A stretch of 20,000 nt of DNA from positions 51,103-71,102 of the forward strand of contig JAMDHS010000099.1 in assembly GCA_029717555.1 (NCBI GenBank), read 5' to 3'. Numbering within the stretch: the stretch's first letter is position 1; each line of letters begins with the position of its first letter. This document shows, piece after piece, positions 8,175 to 18,300 of the stretch. The stretch is from Peribolospora baueri (Eukaryota). A model generated the notes under the pieces. It was not told the origin of the DNA and did no database searches. It saw only the letters and a list, made by a program, of their open reading frames with translations. Both the position numbers and the translations under genes were made by a program.

Positions 8175-10218
8175 ATGAACGGCAAGCTCACCGCCCGGAG
8201 GCTCGTCACCATCGTCGGTCTCATCGTAGGTGCCGAGCTCAAGGGCGACAGCGACAAGGCCCACTACCTGGGTGAGCGACGGCAAGCTCGTCGCCTCGTC
8301 TCGTAACGTATGCTCATCGTGAACTCTTACTTGTTTTGTTTCGGGCTGCCAGTCGACGACGGCACCGCCGTCATCTCTTGCCTGCATTCTCTTCGAAAAC
8401 CGGCCCGGTTCGCTGAGCCCAAGACGTCTCACGGTCCCTACCCTTCGACGTCCGCGGCCGGCGCCCACACTCACCATGTCGACGTCATCCAAGTGGGCCA
8501 GCTCGTCCGCGTCGCTGGCCAGGTCCAGGAACGTTGGGCCCGGAGGGAGGTGGTCGTGGAGGAGATCGGTGAGCCGCTTTCGTCGACATGTTACAAGCTT
8601 TCTCTGACGACGACCACTCTTCCTCCCCGCTGCAGAGCCGCTGTCGGACGCCAACAAGGAGCACGAGCACTGGACGAGCGTCTTCGAGGCCAGATCTCTA
8701 CGTCGCTCTTTACCCAGCCGACGATCTACTCCATTGGCGACGGATATCGCGAGCGTGCTGCATGGCTCTTGGCGCGACGTCGACGTCGACGATGACCGTG
8801 ACGACGAGCATTCGATCGCATCCTCGAGCCGATCCTCTTGCGCTTCGTCCGATGTCGACGTCGACTCGGCCGTCTCCGCTCTCCCCAGTCCTTCACAACT
8901 GAAGCGCAAGCATCTCACCCCCGACCGGTTCCTCTTTTACCTCAAAGCGCACATCTACCGAGCTTCAGGCCGCCCCGAGGGCAGAGAAGGCGTGCGTAGT
9001 GCGCTCGTAGAGGAAGTATGCGACGATGACCGAACGCCCGTCGTTTCTCGCGTACTTCGATTTCGCACCGGCGACGACGCCGGCCATGATGGCGCTCCCT
9101 CGACGGCACGCCACCAACACGCCCCGCCGTCCTTTGCGAGCCTTTGCGAGGACCTCGACCGACCACCGCCGGTCATCCCACTCCGCTCTCTCCGCAGGGA
9201 ACCAACGCTCCGCCAGCTCGCCCGTCGCGTCGTTCGACGCATGCTGGAGGACGACGACAAAGATCATCGCGCTCGCTCGCTCACCACCCCGCTCCGCGCC
9301 CGAGAGAGGAAGCGGGCCCGGACGAACGCTGGTAGGACGACGACGGCGACCGAGCGTACGGATCTCTCCCTCGCCACCAACGGCGCTGACGCCTTCCGGC
9401 TGCGCGCGCGCATCGACGACGACCCCGCACGCGCTGGCGGCGGCACAGGCAGGCGTACCCACGAGCCAAACCGCCGCGAGCGGTCGTTCGCGGAGGCGAG
9501 ACGGTTGTTCGCGTGGGCCATACGCTCGCTCTCCCGAGACGGTTTCGTCGTCCTCGCTCCCCACCCCGTCCCCCGCTCGATGGCGGCGAGCGAACAAGGA
9601 CAGACGAGGGGCGTCCATCCACTCGTTCGAAGCGCGAGAACCAAGTCGGTGGTGGCCGCTCCTGTCGTCGTTCTACCCTCCACCTCTTGCTTTTCCTCCA
9701 CATCGTATTCCCCGCCACCGTCTCATCGGCCTCGCTCGTCCTCGTCCTCCGACGTCTCCCCTTCCGACACCTCGGTCCGCACCTCGTCCGCGTACCGATC
9801 CGGAGCGCGCAAGCGCGTGCGGTCCGAATCAGACGGAGAAGAGTGGGAAAGGGGTGTGGAGGAAGAGGCGTTCCAGCTCGTCACGCCCTCCCTCCTCCGA
9901 CCCGTGCTGCTCCGCGTCGTGTCGCAAGAGTTCCAGAGGCTCCTGAGAGAGGCGGCGCGGAAAGGGTTGAAGAGGTCTCAGAAGCCGCGAGGCGTGTCGA
10001 CGGATCAAGTGGCTGCCGCCCTCAAGGCGGGAGATGAGAGATGGCGATGCGTGCCCAAGGCGTTGATCGAGGAGGTGAGAGCCGTCTGTCCGCAGAGGCC
10101 TTGTGCCGACTTCTTCGCTCATCTCCTTTTCGTCTCGGGTCGATGGCAGGCGCTGATGAAGATGGACAAGGCAGACGACCTCCAACAGATCGGTCGAGGC
10201 GTCTGGCAGATCGTCTGA
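8175..10218 (+). CDS. STN1: Stn1-like CST-complex subunit (N-terminal OB fold, probable C-terminal winged helix), ~606 aa, start uncertain. Exons 8175-8271, 8353-8568, 8636-10074, 10150-10218
   Basis: Spliced product RLVTIVGLIVGAE...HYL|VDDGTAVISC...IQVGQLVRVAGQVQERWARREVVVEEI|EPLSDANKEHEHW matches the Stn1/RPA2-type OB fold with the D-x-N-x-E-x-x-HW helix. C-terminus is DERWRCVPKALIEE|AL...GRGVW. Confidence 0.8.
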
Positions 10219-10426
10219 TTGACCGTCGACTCGACACCCAGCGCCGCCCCTCTTCTCTTCCCGTTCTTGCCGGCTTTCGTAACCCTCGCGGTCCGAACGA
10301 TTTTGTCTGTTAAGGCATGCCCGCCTATCCCGCTCGCTTCTTTCGACCTTCTCTCGTGCGCATGTATGTATTCTATGGTCGTTCCCCGCGCAATCCGTAT
10401 ACCGGCCGTCGCCGCTGCTCGCGAGG

Positions 10427-10452
10427 CCATCCATCCATCCATCCATCCATCC
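10427..10452. repeat. (CCAT)6 microsatellite between the convergent STN1 and KEL3 genes
   Basis: ccatccatccatccatccatccatcc. Confidence 0.9.
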
Positions 10453-10780
10453 TTCGCCCCACGCACCATGCACCGGTCAGCGAGCGGTCCGAGCGGAAGA
10501 GAAAGAACAAAAAAGAAATGCGCCGTCGTTCACATCGAACCCTGCCGTTCTCGTCCTTCCGACTGGCCGGCCGGCCGCGTCCCTCCTCGCGCTTCAAACG
10601 GGCGTATAGCACGGCGATGCATACGTACGTACGTGCGAAGCAAAGAGACGGCACGATGCCCGAGTTGAGTCGAGCCATTTCATTACATACACGACGAGCG
10701 GCGCGGTGTCCAAACGGACCGCACCGCGCGCAACGTCGACGCGGACGGGGTGGGGTGGGGTGCGGGGGAGTCCATCTACC

Positions 10781-13700
10781 TCATCGACGATGCCGGCTCT
10801 CCACGCCCGTTCCCCCAGCCGCGGTGGCCGGACCGCCGCGGGAGCGCCGGAGCTCGTCGTCGTCCAGGCCTGCTTCGCTCTGGATGCGCTCGATCTCCTC
10901 CAGGAGGGGCTTGTAATCGTCTGAGGAGGACAAGGATGGATGGGTGAGAATGGACAGATGGATGGGGGGCGGACCGATGACCGGGCGGGCGACTCACTGT
11001 ACCGCTCCTCGGCCAGGGCGAAGCCGTCCCTCCTCAAGAGCTTGCCCCTGTTGTCGCTCATGCCGTGCGCTTTCGCGGTCCAGTACGAGCGGGTGCGTTC
11101 GTAAAAGGCGCGTAGGCTCTCGCCCGGCGCGGGCGTCGATAGGACGTCTTCCTCCGACCGGGACAAGTCCTTGGAGACGCCTAGGAACGCCGTCGCGCGG
11201 CGGCGGAGATCGGCCTTGGCGGTGGTGGACGCGCCGAAAAAAAAAAAAAAAGCGAGAGTCGGTATCGTCGGCTGGGACGGACGGACACGGGCACGGACAT
11301 GGAGCGACTTACCTTGGCCTCGGCGTCTCCGTCTTGTGCCGGTTGCGCCTCGGCGTCATCGTCCTTCTCCTCGCCGTCTGAACCGCTCGACTCGTCCGTC
11401 TTCTCCTCCTCGTCCTCCTCTCCTCGCCGCCTCCTCCGCTCGCCCCGCGGCTCGTCCGGTTCGCTCTCGTCTGCCCCGCCGCCGTCGTCGTCGTCCGACG
11501 AGTCGTCGCCTTCCTCTTCGTCGCTCTCGTTCCACTCCAACTCGTCGATCCGACACTCCTTCAAGCACATGAACCGGTCCAGCTTGTCCAAGTTGAGCGT
11601 GTGGAACGAGTCGAGGGTGTACTCGCGCGTCGATGTCTCGAAGATGCCTCCGTAGCTGCCACCCGACGAACCCCGTCGCGAAAGGAAAAAGAAATTGGGA
11701 GCGTGAGATGAATGGGAGGAGAGGACGACGAGCGAGGGCACGCGGTATCGACTCACATGTAGAGCGTGTTCCGCTGCACGGCCAACATGGCGTTGTATCG
11801 CTCCAGCGGAACCGTCTTCTGAGGATCGTCGGGGTCGTCGTCGTCGTCGTCGTCCGCCCGAGACGTCGGTAGGGCGATGGGAGAAGAAGAAGAAGAAGAA
11901 GACGGAGACGGCGACGACGGGCGCACGCCCTCGTCCTCGCCCTCGTCGTCGCCGTTGGCCTCTGCTCCTCGCAAAGGCCGGTCGTCGTCGTCGTCGGCGC
12001 TCGCGTCTTCCTCTTCTCCTTCTGCCCACATCCTTTCCTCCGCCTCCCTCTCCCTTCTTGCCCGCTCTCTCTCCGCAGCGGCGGCAGCGGCGGCTGCGGC
12101 CTTGAGCGCCTTCTTCTTCGCGCTCGGCGCGCCAGACTTTTTCTTTGGCTTTTTGAGGTTGAAGGAAATCCATCGGCCGGTGCCGATGAGGTTGTATCCG
12201 AACCTGCGGGGAAGAAAGGAAGATGAGCGGACGATGTTCTCTCGTGGCGCGTAAGAGAGGGGAGGAAAGAGACAAACAAATCTTTATAAAAGACGCTCTC
12301 GAGCGTCTCCTCGTCCTTTTCGTCGTCGTGTACGCCGCCAAAGAGGACGCCCATCGACTTTGCACTCCAGAGGGCCATCGTGCAGCCGGAGCGGAGGCTG
12401 TGGAGAGGGTGCGGGTGACGGATGGAGTGGAATGAAATCGAGCGGAGTGGAATGAAGTCGAATGGAGTAGAATGAAATCGAACAGAGTCGAATGAACGAA
12501 CGGAGTCGAAAGAAATCGATCAGAGTCGAATGAAATCAAACGAGATGAGCGACACCGGCAAACAGCAAACGGCAAAAGTACACCATTTGACGGGTATCAC
12601 TCACGAAGGCGCATATCCAACCTTGCGCCTCTTAACCCACTCAATCTTTCCCACATCATTATCCATCTTCAAAAGCCAAGTGTCATCGAGGGCAACACCT
12701 TTGGCTCTTTGACCTTTTACATAAATCTTGCAATAGCCGCCGTGCAAGACGATACCGTCTGGACAAGACAAAAAGGAGAAGCCGGATCGGGCTGTTGGAC
12801 GGGGACGGTGGTCGGTTTGCTTGATTTGGGTCCATTTGTACTCTGTTGTATCGAAGATCCAGAGGTCGTCGAGGTACGTTGCTGGGGAGGGGGGGAACGA
12901 AGAGAAGATGAGGGATAGGGTGTGAGGAGGAAGAACGAAAGGAAAGCTCACTTCGAACGCCTTCGTCATGGAAGCCCTACAAGACGAGCGAAGGAAAAAG
13001 GAAAGATGAGCGAGACAGCTTTGCTTGGCTTCTCTTCCCTTCGATCACCGCCCCGCACTCACGCCAAAGAGCACAAGATAATGCTTCCACATGGCCATGC
13101 GGTGTCCGCTCCGTGCGCTCGGTCTGAGCTTTGTGTCGATACGGTCCCATGTGAGGGTGGAGATGTCGAAGGACCAGAGGTCGCGGTAGTGGTCTAGGGG
13201 GAAAGAGTGGGAGGTGAGCGAGGGACGAGGTGGGAGGGAGACAGACAGAGAGAGACCGACGACTCACGAAAGTTAGTCTGCTTGAGAGACGCAAACTCTC
13301 CGCCTTGAAGAAGGAGCGGCGTGAGCACTAGCCCTATCCCGCACGGCACCCAACACGGCACCGACGGACGAGAGAAGAAAGGACGCACCAAAAAGCCAGA
13401 GTTTTCCACCGGCGGCGGGACTGGGGACGACCTGATGGGCGCTGCGAGGGCCTGGTTGATTTTTTGAGGAGAACTTGCGCCATTCGTTCTAGCGGAAGGG
13501 GGAAGGGTGTCATAAGTGTCAGCGTCACTCGCTCGCCCGCTCGCACGCGACACGTCTACCGCGGGGGGCGCACCTTTGCGGGAGAGTAGCGGTAGACGTC
13601 GTTGTAGAAGTAGCACTTGTCGCCGTCAAAGTACTCTCCTCTGTGGTCGGCGGGGGGCCCAAGCGAGGTGAGCGATGGAGAGAGAGGAGAGCGTGCGGGT

Positions 13701-14071
13701 GGACGTACCCGATCAACCACAAATCATTGCCGCCGGGACAGGCGGTCAAGCTGTGGAGAAAAGGAAGGAGGCGTGAGGCGGCGGGCTACGAGACAAAGAC
13801 AAAAACAAACAAAAACCCACGTAGCGTTGGCTCTCCTACTCGGTGCAGTGTCCTCCCTCTCCTCAAAGACAGCATGCTGCTCCTCCCACTCCTTCTTGAA
13901 CCGATCGAGGAGCGCCTCAAGGTCATCATCATCGTCCTCAGCCTCGTCCTTGCCCTTACCCTTCTTAGCCGCCTTGACGTGCTTCTTCTCCGCCGCCTTG
14001 GCCGCCTTGGCCTTTTTCTGCGCCTTTGCAGTCGCCTTGGACGCGGAGGACGCCTTGGCCTTCTTGCCCAT
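10781..14071 (-). CDS. KEL3: Kelch-repeat protein Kel3/KLHDC4-like with C-terminal DUF4110-like region, ~731 aa. Exons 14071-13821, 13750-13709, 13640-13574, 13488-13389, 13303-13268, 13193-13063, 12976-12952, 12881-12605, 12397-12278, 12203-11757, 11655-11313, 11214-10998, 10920-10781
   Basis: MGKK... basic N-terminus, PSRRANATL, IGGEYFDG..FYNDVYRY, PGPRSAHQ, LWLFGGEF..TNFHHYRDLW, PSARSGHRM, LFGGFHD..YLDDLW, ARSGFSF, LHGGYCK, RYNAMLAV..LYIYGG, TPAPGESLRAFYERTRSYW. Twelve GT-AG introns; exon lengths sum to 2196 nt, a multiple of 3. Confidence 0.92.
12422..12540. repeat. Degenerate 10-bp/20-bp tandem repeat (about ATGGAGTSGA-ATGAAATCGA) inside KEL3 intron 8
   Basis: Units read directly: atggagtgga atgaaatcga gcggagtgga atgaagtcga atggagtaga atgaaatcga acagagtcga atgaacga acggagtcga aagaaatcga tcagagtcga atgaaatcaa. 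Confidence 0.85.
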
Positions 14072-14966
14072 CTGCGTTCCGACGGCCGACGTTTTATTTT
14101 TTGTTTCGACCGCCTCGCTCACATGGATAGATGGACGTGCACGGTGGGCCATGGCCATGCAAGCCGCCGCAGTAAAGCAAGTAAATAGCCGCAGTAGCGC
14201 TCGAATCCGAATTTTTATCCGGCCCTTCTTTCTTCTTTCTTCTTTTTTCAATGTTCTTTTTTCTCCGCGCACTGTTTCTATCTTGCAATCTCGCAATTTC
14301 GCAGGATTGGGCAGAGAGAGAGCGGTGCGGACATGTATACGAGTGTATGTATTGGCTACGTCATGCGACCGTCCTCATCCATCCATCCCTCCGCCATCTC
14401 TCCTCTCTCTCCCTCGTCCACCTGCCCTCGCCTGCCCCCTCGCTCGCTCGTTCGCACCCGAACACAAGGGGTGGCGGTTCGACTAGCCTCCTCTCATTTC
14501 TTTACTATTTTTCTTTTCTTTCTCATTCCCCTCGGTTCGGCGAGGCAAGGAGAGTAATGCACGCGCGCTGAAGGGGCGCGCTCGTTCGCCCCTTGGCCGC
14601 CTCCTTGCTGGCGGGCTCCCTCCGGCGTCGCTCGCAACACCGCTTCGCTTCGCTTCCTTGCCCTGACCTGACCTGACGGGAGCGGTGGTGGATGGGATAG
14701 CGCACGGGTGGACGACGGACGAACGGCGTAAGGTGATATCATCATCGGTCGTCTACCGTGCGTCTTTCTTTCTTTTCCGTATCGGTCCGGTCGTTGTCGT
14801 TGTCGTTGTCGCTTGGCTTGGCTTGCACACTCGCCAGCGCGCCATCGTCTTGTCCTGTCCTGTCCGTCCGTCGGCCCAGAGCGAACGTCGCCTTGCCTCG
14901 CCCTCCCTCCCTCCGTCCATCCATCATCCATCCGCCCCGCCCCGACGCGACGCACGCGCACTCCCA

Positions 14967-15012
14967 CTTGCTTGCTTGCTTGCTTGCTTCTTGCTCGCTT
15001 GCTCGCTTGCTT
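14967..15012. repeat. Imperfect (CTTG)n microsatellite
   Basis: cttgcttgcttgcttgcttgcttcttgctcgcttgctcgcttgctt. Confidence 0.85.
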
Positions 15013-15160
15013 AGTTGGTGGTCGCTTGTTCGGTCGCTCGTCGTTTGGCCCGCACATCGTCGCTTCGTCGCTTCGTCTTTCTTTCTGTGCCGACCTTCCA
15101 CTCTCCCTAACCCAATCCAATCCTTCACCACTCCTCTCTCCCCGCTTTCGTGATCACCAC

Positions 15161-15286
15161 CACCTTCCTTATCCAGCACCACCAGCACCACCGCCCTATC
15201 CACCGCCAGCACCACCACCCTATTCACCACCAACACCACCACCCTATCCACCACCACCTCCCTTAACCACCTTCCTTATCCACCAC
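15161..15286. repeat. CCA-rich ~24-bp minisatellite upstream of the 1408-aa ORF
   Basis: TAT anchors at 15170, 15197, 15221, 15245 and 15277; consensus TATCCACCACCAGCACCACCACCC. Confidence 0.8.
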
Positions 15287-15381
15287 GCTCTTTCCGCTCT
15301 CGCTCTCCCTCCTGCCCTCCCCGCTCCCTCTGCCTCACTTAGATAGATACCCCCTCCCCTAGACCCACATACCCCTTCGCC

Positions 15382-18300
15382 ATGGCCGCCTTCACTCACA
15401 CCCACCCCCAGCCAAAGCGACCACCACCACCAGACGACGGCCAGCTCGACATCGCCGCCCTCCTCGCCGCCCGCGCCCGCGCCGCACACTCCACCCAGTC
15501 CTCCTACTCGCCCACCCTCTCCCAGTTCGCTCCCGACTCGGCCCGCTCCATCAGGTCCAGCTTCACCCCCAGCTTTGCCGACTCGGACAGCGTCTACTCT
15601 GTCCGCACCATGAATCCTTCCACCACCGGACACCGTTGGTCCGGCCTCCCAGGCGTACCCGACCTCCCCGGCGCCTTCGCCTCTGACCCCGACGCCGACG
15701 CCGACGCCGGCCAATCCCCCATCAGCGCCTCGGGCAGCACCTTCTTTCCGTCTGCACATCTCGTCCACCCTGACGTCACCAGGGCCAGTCTCGAGGGCGA
15801 GGTCGTCACCTTTGGCCCCGTCGACGATAACGACGCCCTCTCTGCCGACGTCACCAGGGCCAGCCTCAAGAATGAGGTCGTCACCTTTGGCTCCATCGAT
15901 GCCGACGACAACCATCACCACCACATCCCCGCCCTCTCTGTCCCCCACTCCGCCCCTCCTTCCGCCTCCTTCCGCCTCGCTACCTCCACCCCGCCCGATC
16001 CCTCCTCCTCCTTCCTCTCCCACTCCCCCAATCCCTCCCCACGAGACCACCAAGGCCCTTTCTCCGACCGCTCCCACTCCTCTCCAAACCACCACGCCTC
16101 CGCCGCCGCCGCCAGGCTGCCGCCCCCCCGCGCTAATACCTCCCCCTACCCCCGCACCGGCGCCGACGCCCACTCACGATCCCGGTCCCGACCCTCCACC
16201 GCTGGCTCCCGCTCCCCCTCCTCCTCGCCCTCCCATGCCTCCGACCTCATGCACGACCCTGCCGACGCCGACGCCGCGTTCGCCTACGCCGACGAGCGCG
16301 TCCGCTTGCAGGGCATACGCGAGCACAGACTCAGTAGCTTTGGCCCCAGCCTGAGGAAGAACGGAAGGGCGCCTTGGGAGGAGGAGGGCGAAGATGGATG
16401 GGGAGGTGGAGGTGGAGGTGGAGATGGAGATGGAGATAGAGACGCGGACAGTGGTGGTGGTGGTGGTGGTGTTCTCGCTGCTGGCGCGCAGACACTCGCC
16501 GACGCCGAGCCGCCTCCTTCTTCTTCCTTCCCCCGTTCCTCCAAGGAGAAGGAGCGCGAGTATCAGACGCACAACTTGGGCGCCAGGCTCGGCTTGGCCG
16601 GCTTGGCCCATCGCGCCAGGAAGGTGAGCGGCGAGGCGTCCCAGAGAGACAAGGACAAGGACAACGAAAACAACCGGTCGCTCGACCTCGACGATCGCGA
16701 AAAGACCGCCGGCTCGGCCATCTTCAAGGTCCGCAAGAGCCTCGATAAGGGCCTCTCCCGCGACCGCTCGCCCAAAGCCGCCGACGCCGCCGCCGCCGTC
16801 CACAGTCCCCACCCTCCCTCGCCCTCTCACGTCTTTCCCCCCTTGCCCTCCTCCTCCTCCTCCGCATTCTCCCTTTCCCCGCCCTCTTCCAACGCTCACG
16901 CTCACGCTCACGCCCACCCACCCGCTCCAGCTCCGTCCCTCGCCGGCGTCATCAGCTCTCCCTCCGCCGCCTCCACCAGCTCTTTCCTCGCCATCGATCC
17001 CCACTCCGCTCCTTCCTCCTCTGCTTTTGCTTCTTCTGTTGCCAACGCCGCCCCAGCAGGAGGCCGCACCAGGAACAAGTCCGTTTCCATGTCCGCCAGA
17101 CACGCCGGAGAGCCCCTTTTGCGTGGCCTCGGACTCTTGCAGCCGTCCAACACGGCCAGCAACGCTTCCATCGACAGCGACACCTCTTTCGGCGCGGTCG
17201 TGTCGTCGCTTGGAAGGAAGGGGGGCAAGAAGCTCGCCGCAAGAGCAGCCGCCGCCGCCGCGGCGGCCACGACGACGAGGACGCATCGCAGTGGGAGCGC
17301 TAGCAGCGCCGCTGCCAGCGTCGACATCGGTTCCTCCGGCGATGGCCATAGCCATGGCCATGGAAAGAGGCCGCCCAGGTCTAGCGTCGACTCGGCCAGC
17401 ATCGTTGCCGGTGACCCGTCCGCCCGCTTCACCGGCACCGGCCACGCTCCTTCATCGTCATCGTCGTCTTGCTCGTCTCCCCATACCGCCCTTCCGCTCC
17501 CTCCCATGCCCGACGTCTACGCTCATCCGAGCCCGCGAAAGCCCACTCGTCCCCTTCCCCCGCCCGTCTCTGCCTCTACTGCCGCCGCTTCCGCACCCGC
17601 TTTGACCTCTGCCGTCGTCGCTTCCGTACCCCCTTTGACGTCTGCCGTCGCTGCCGTACCCCCTTTGACGTCTCCCTCCACCACCACCCTCGCCACCGTC
17701 TCTTCTGTCGCCTCCGCCGCCGGGTCTGGTGGTGCACCCGGTTCGGCCTCCGCGTCTCCTTCCTCGCCCGCCAGTCATACCGTCGCCGCAGAACAGGTCT
17801 TTCGCTCCTTGCCCACCATGGCCCCCCGCGCGGCGCTTGGCGTGCCTTCCTCCCCTCTCCACCCGCCCCGACAAGTCCCCGGCGTTTCCGCTGCCGGCGA
17901 AGCGCCCGCGCCCCCGTACGCCGAAGGCTTTGCCACTGGCTCAGGCCTTCGGCTCATCAGTCTTGAGGAGGCTAGGGCGCGAGCATCGTCGTTGTCGTCG
18001 TCGTCGTCTCCTGGGAAGACGCTCAAGACGCGCAAGAGCGGGCTGCTCAAACTGTTCAACAAGGATAAGGACCGGGCGGACGACCGTCACCACCCTCCTT
18101 TACCGCCTTCTTCCTCCTCCTCCTCTTTCTCCCTCGCCCCGCCCCAGACACAACACGCAGACGCGCACAGCGCTCCCAACACCCCCAGCTCCGCGTCCAA
18201 GCAATTCGACTCGCCTCTCGCCGGCCCTTCTTCCTCCTCCTCTGCCTCCTCCGAACATGTGTCCGCCATGTCGAGGTCCTTGTCCGGAAGCGCGGAGGAC

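Noticed and set aside
11237..11251. A15 run as a retroelement poly(A) tail
   Set aside because: It is the poly-T tract of KEL3 intron 11 on the sense strand; no target-site duplication or element body.
12422..12540. Possible CRISPR-like array
   Set aside because: Contiguous degenerate 10-mers without unique spacers, inside a spliceosomal intron, with no cas genes.
11181..12575. 464-aa and 340-aa minus-strand ORFs as standalone genes
   Set aside because: They are chimeras of individual KEL3 exons with intron or off-frame sequence.
14072..14296. In-frame N-terminal extension of KEL3 (MAMAHR...)
   Set aside because: MGKK matches the usual start of this family and the upstream sequence is A-rich and UTR/promoter-like. 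It cannot be fully excluded without TSS data.
15105..15110. Telomeric CCCTAA seed
   Set aside because: Single hexamer; the neighbouring repeat is CCA/TAT-based, not telomeric.
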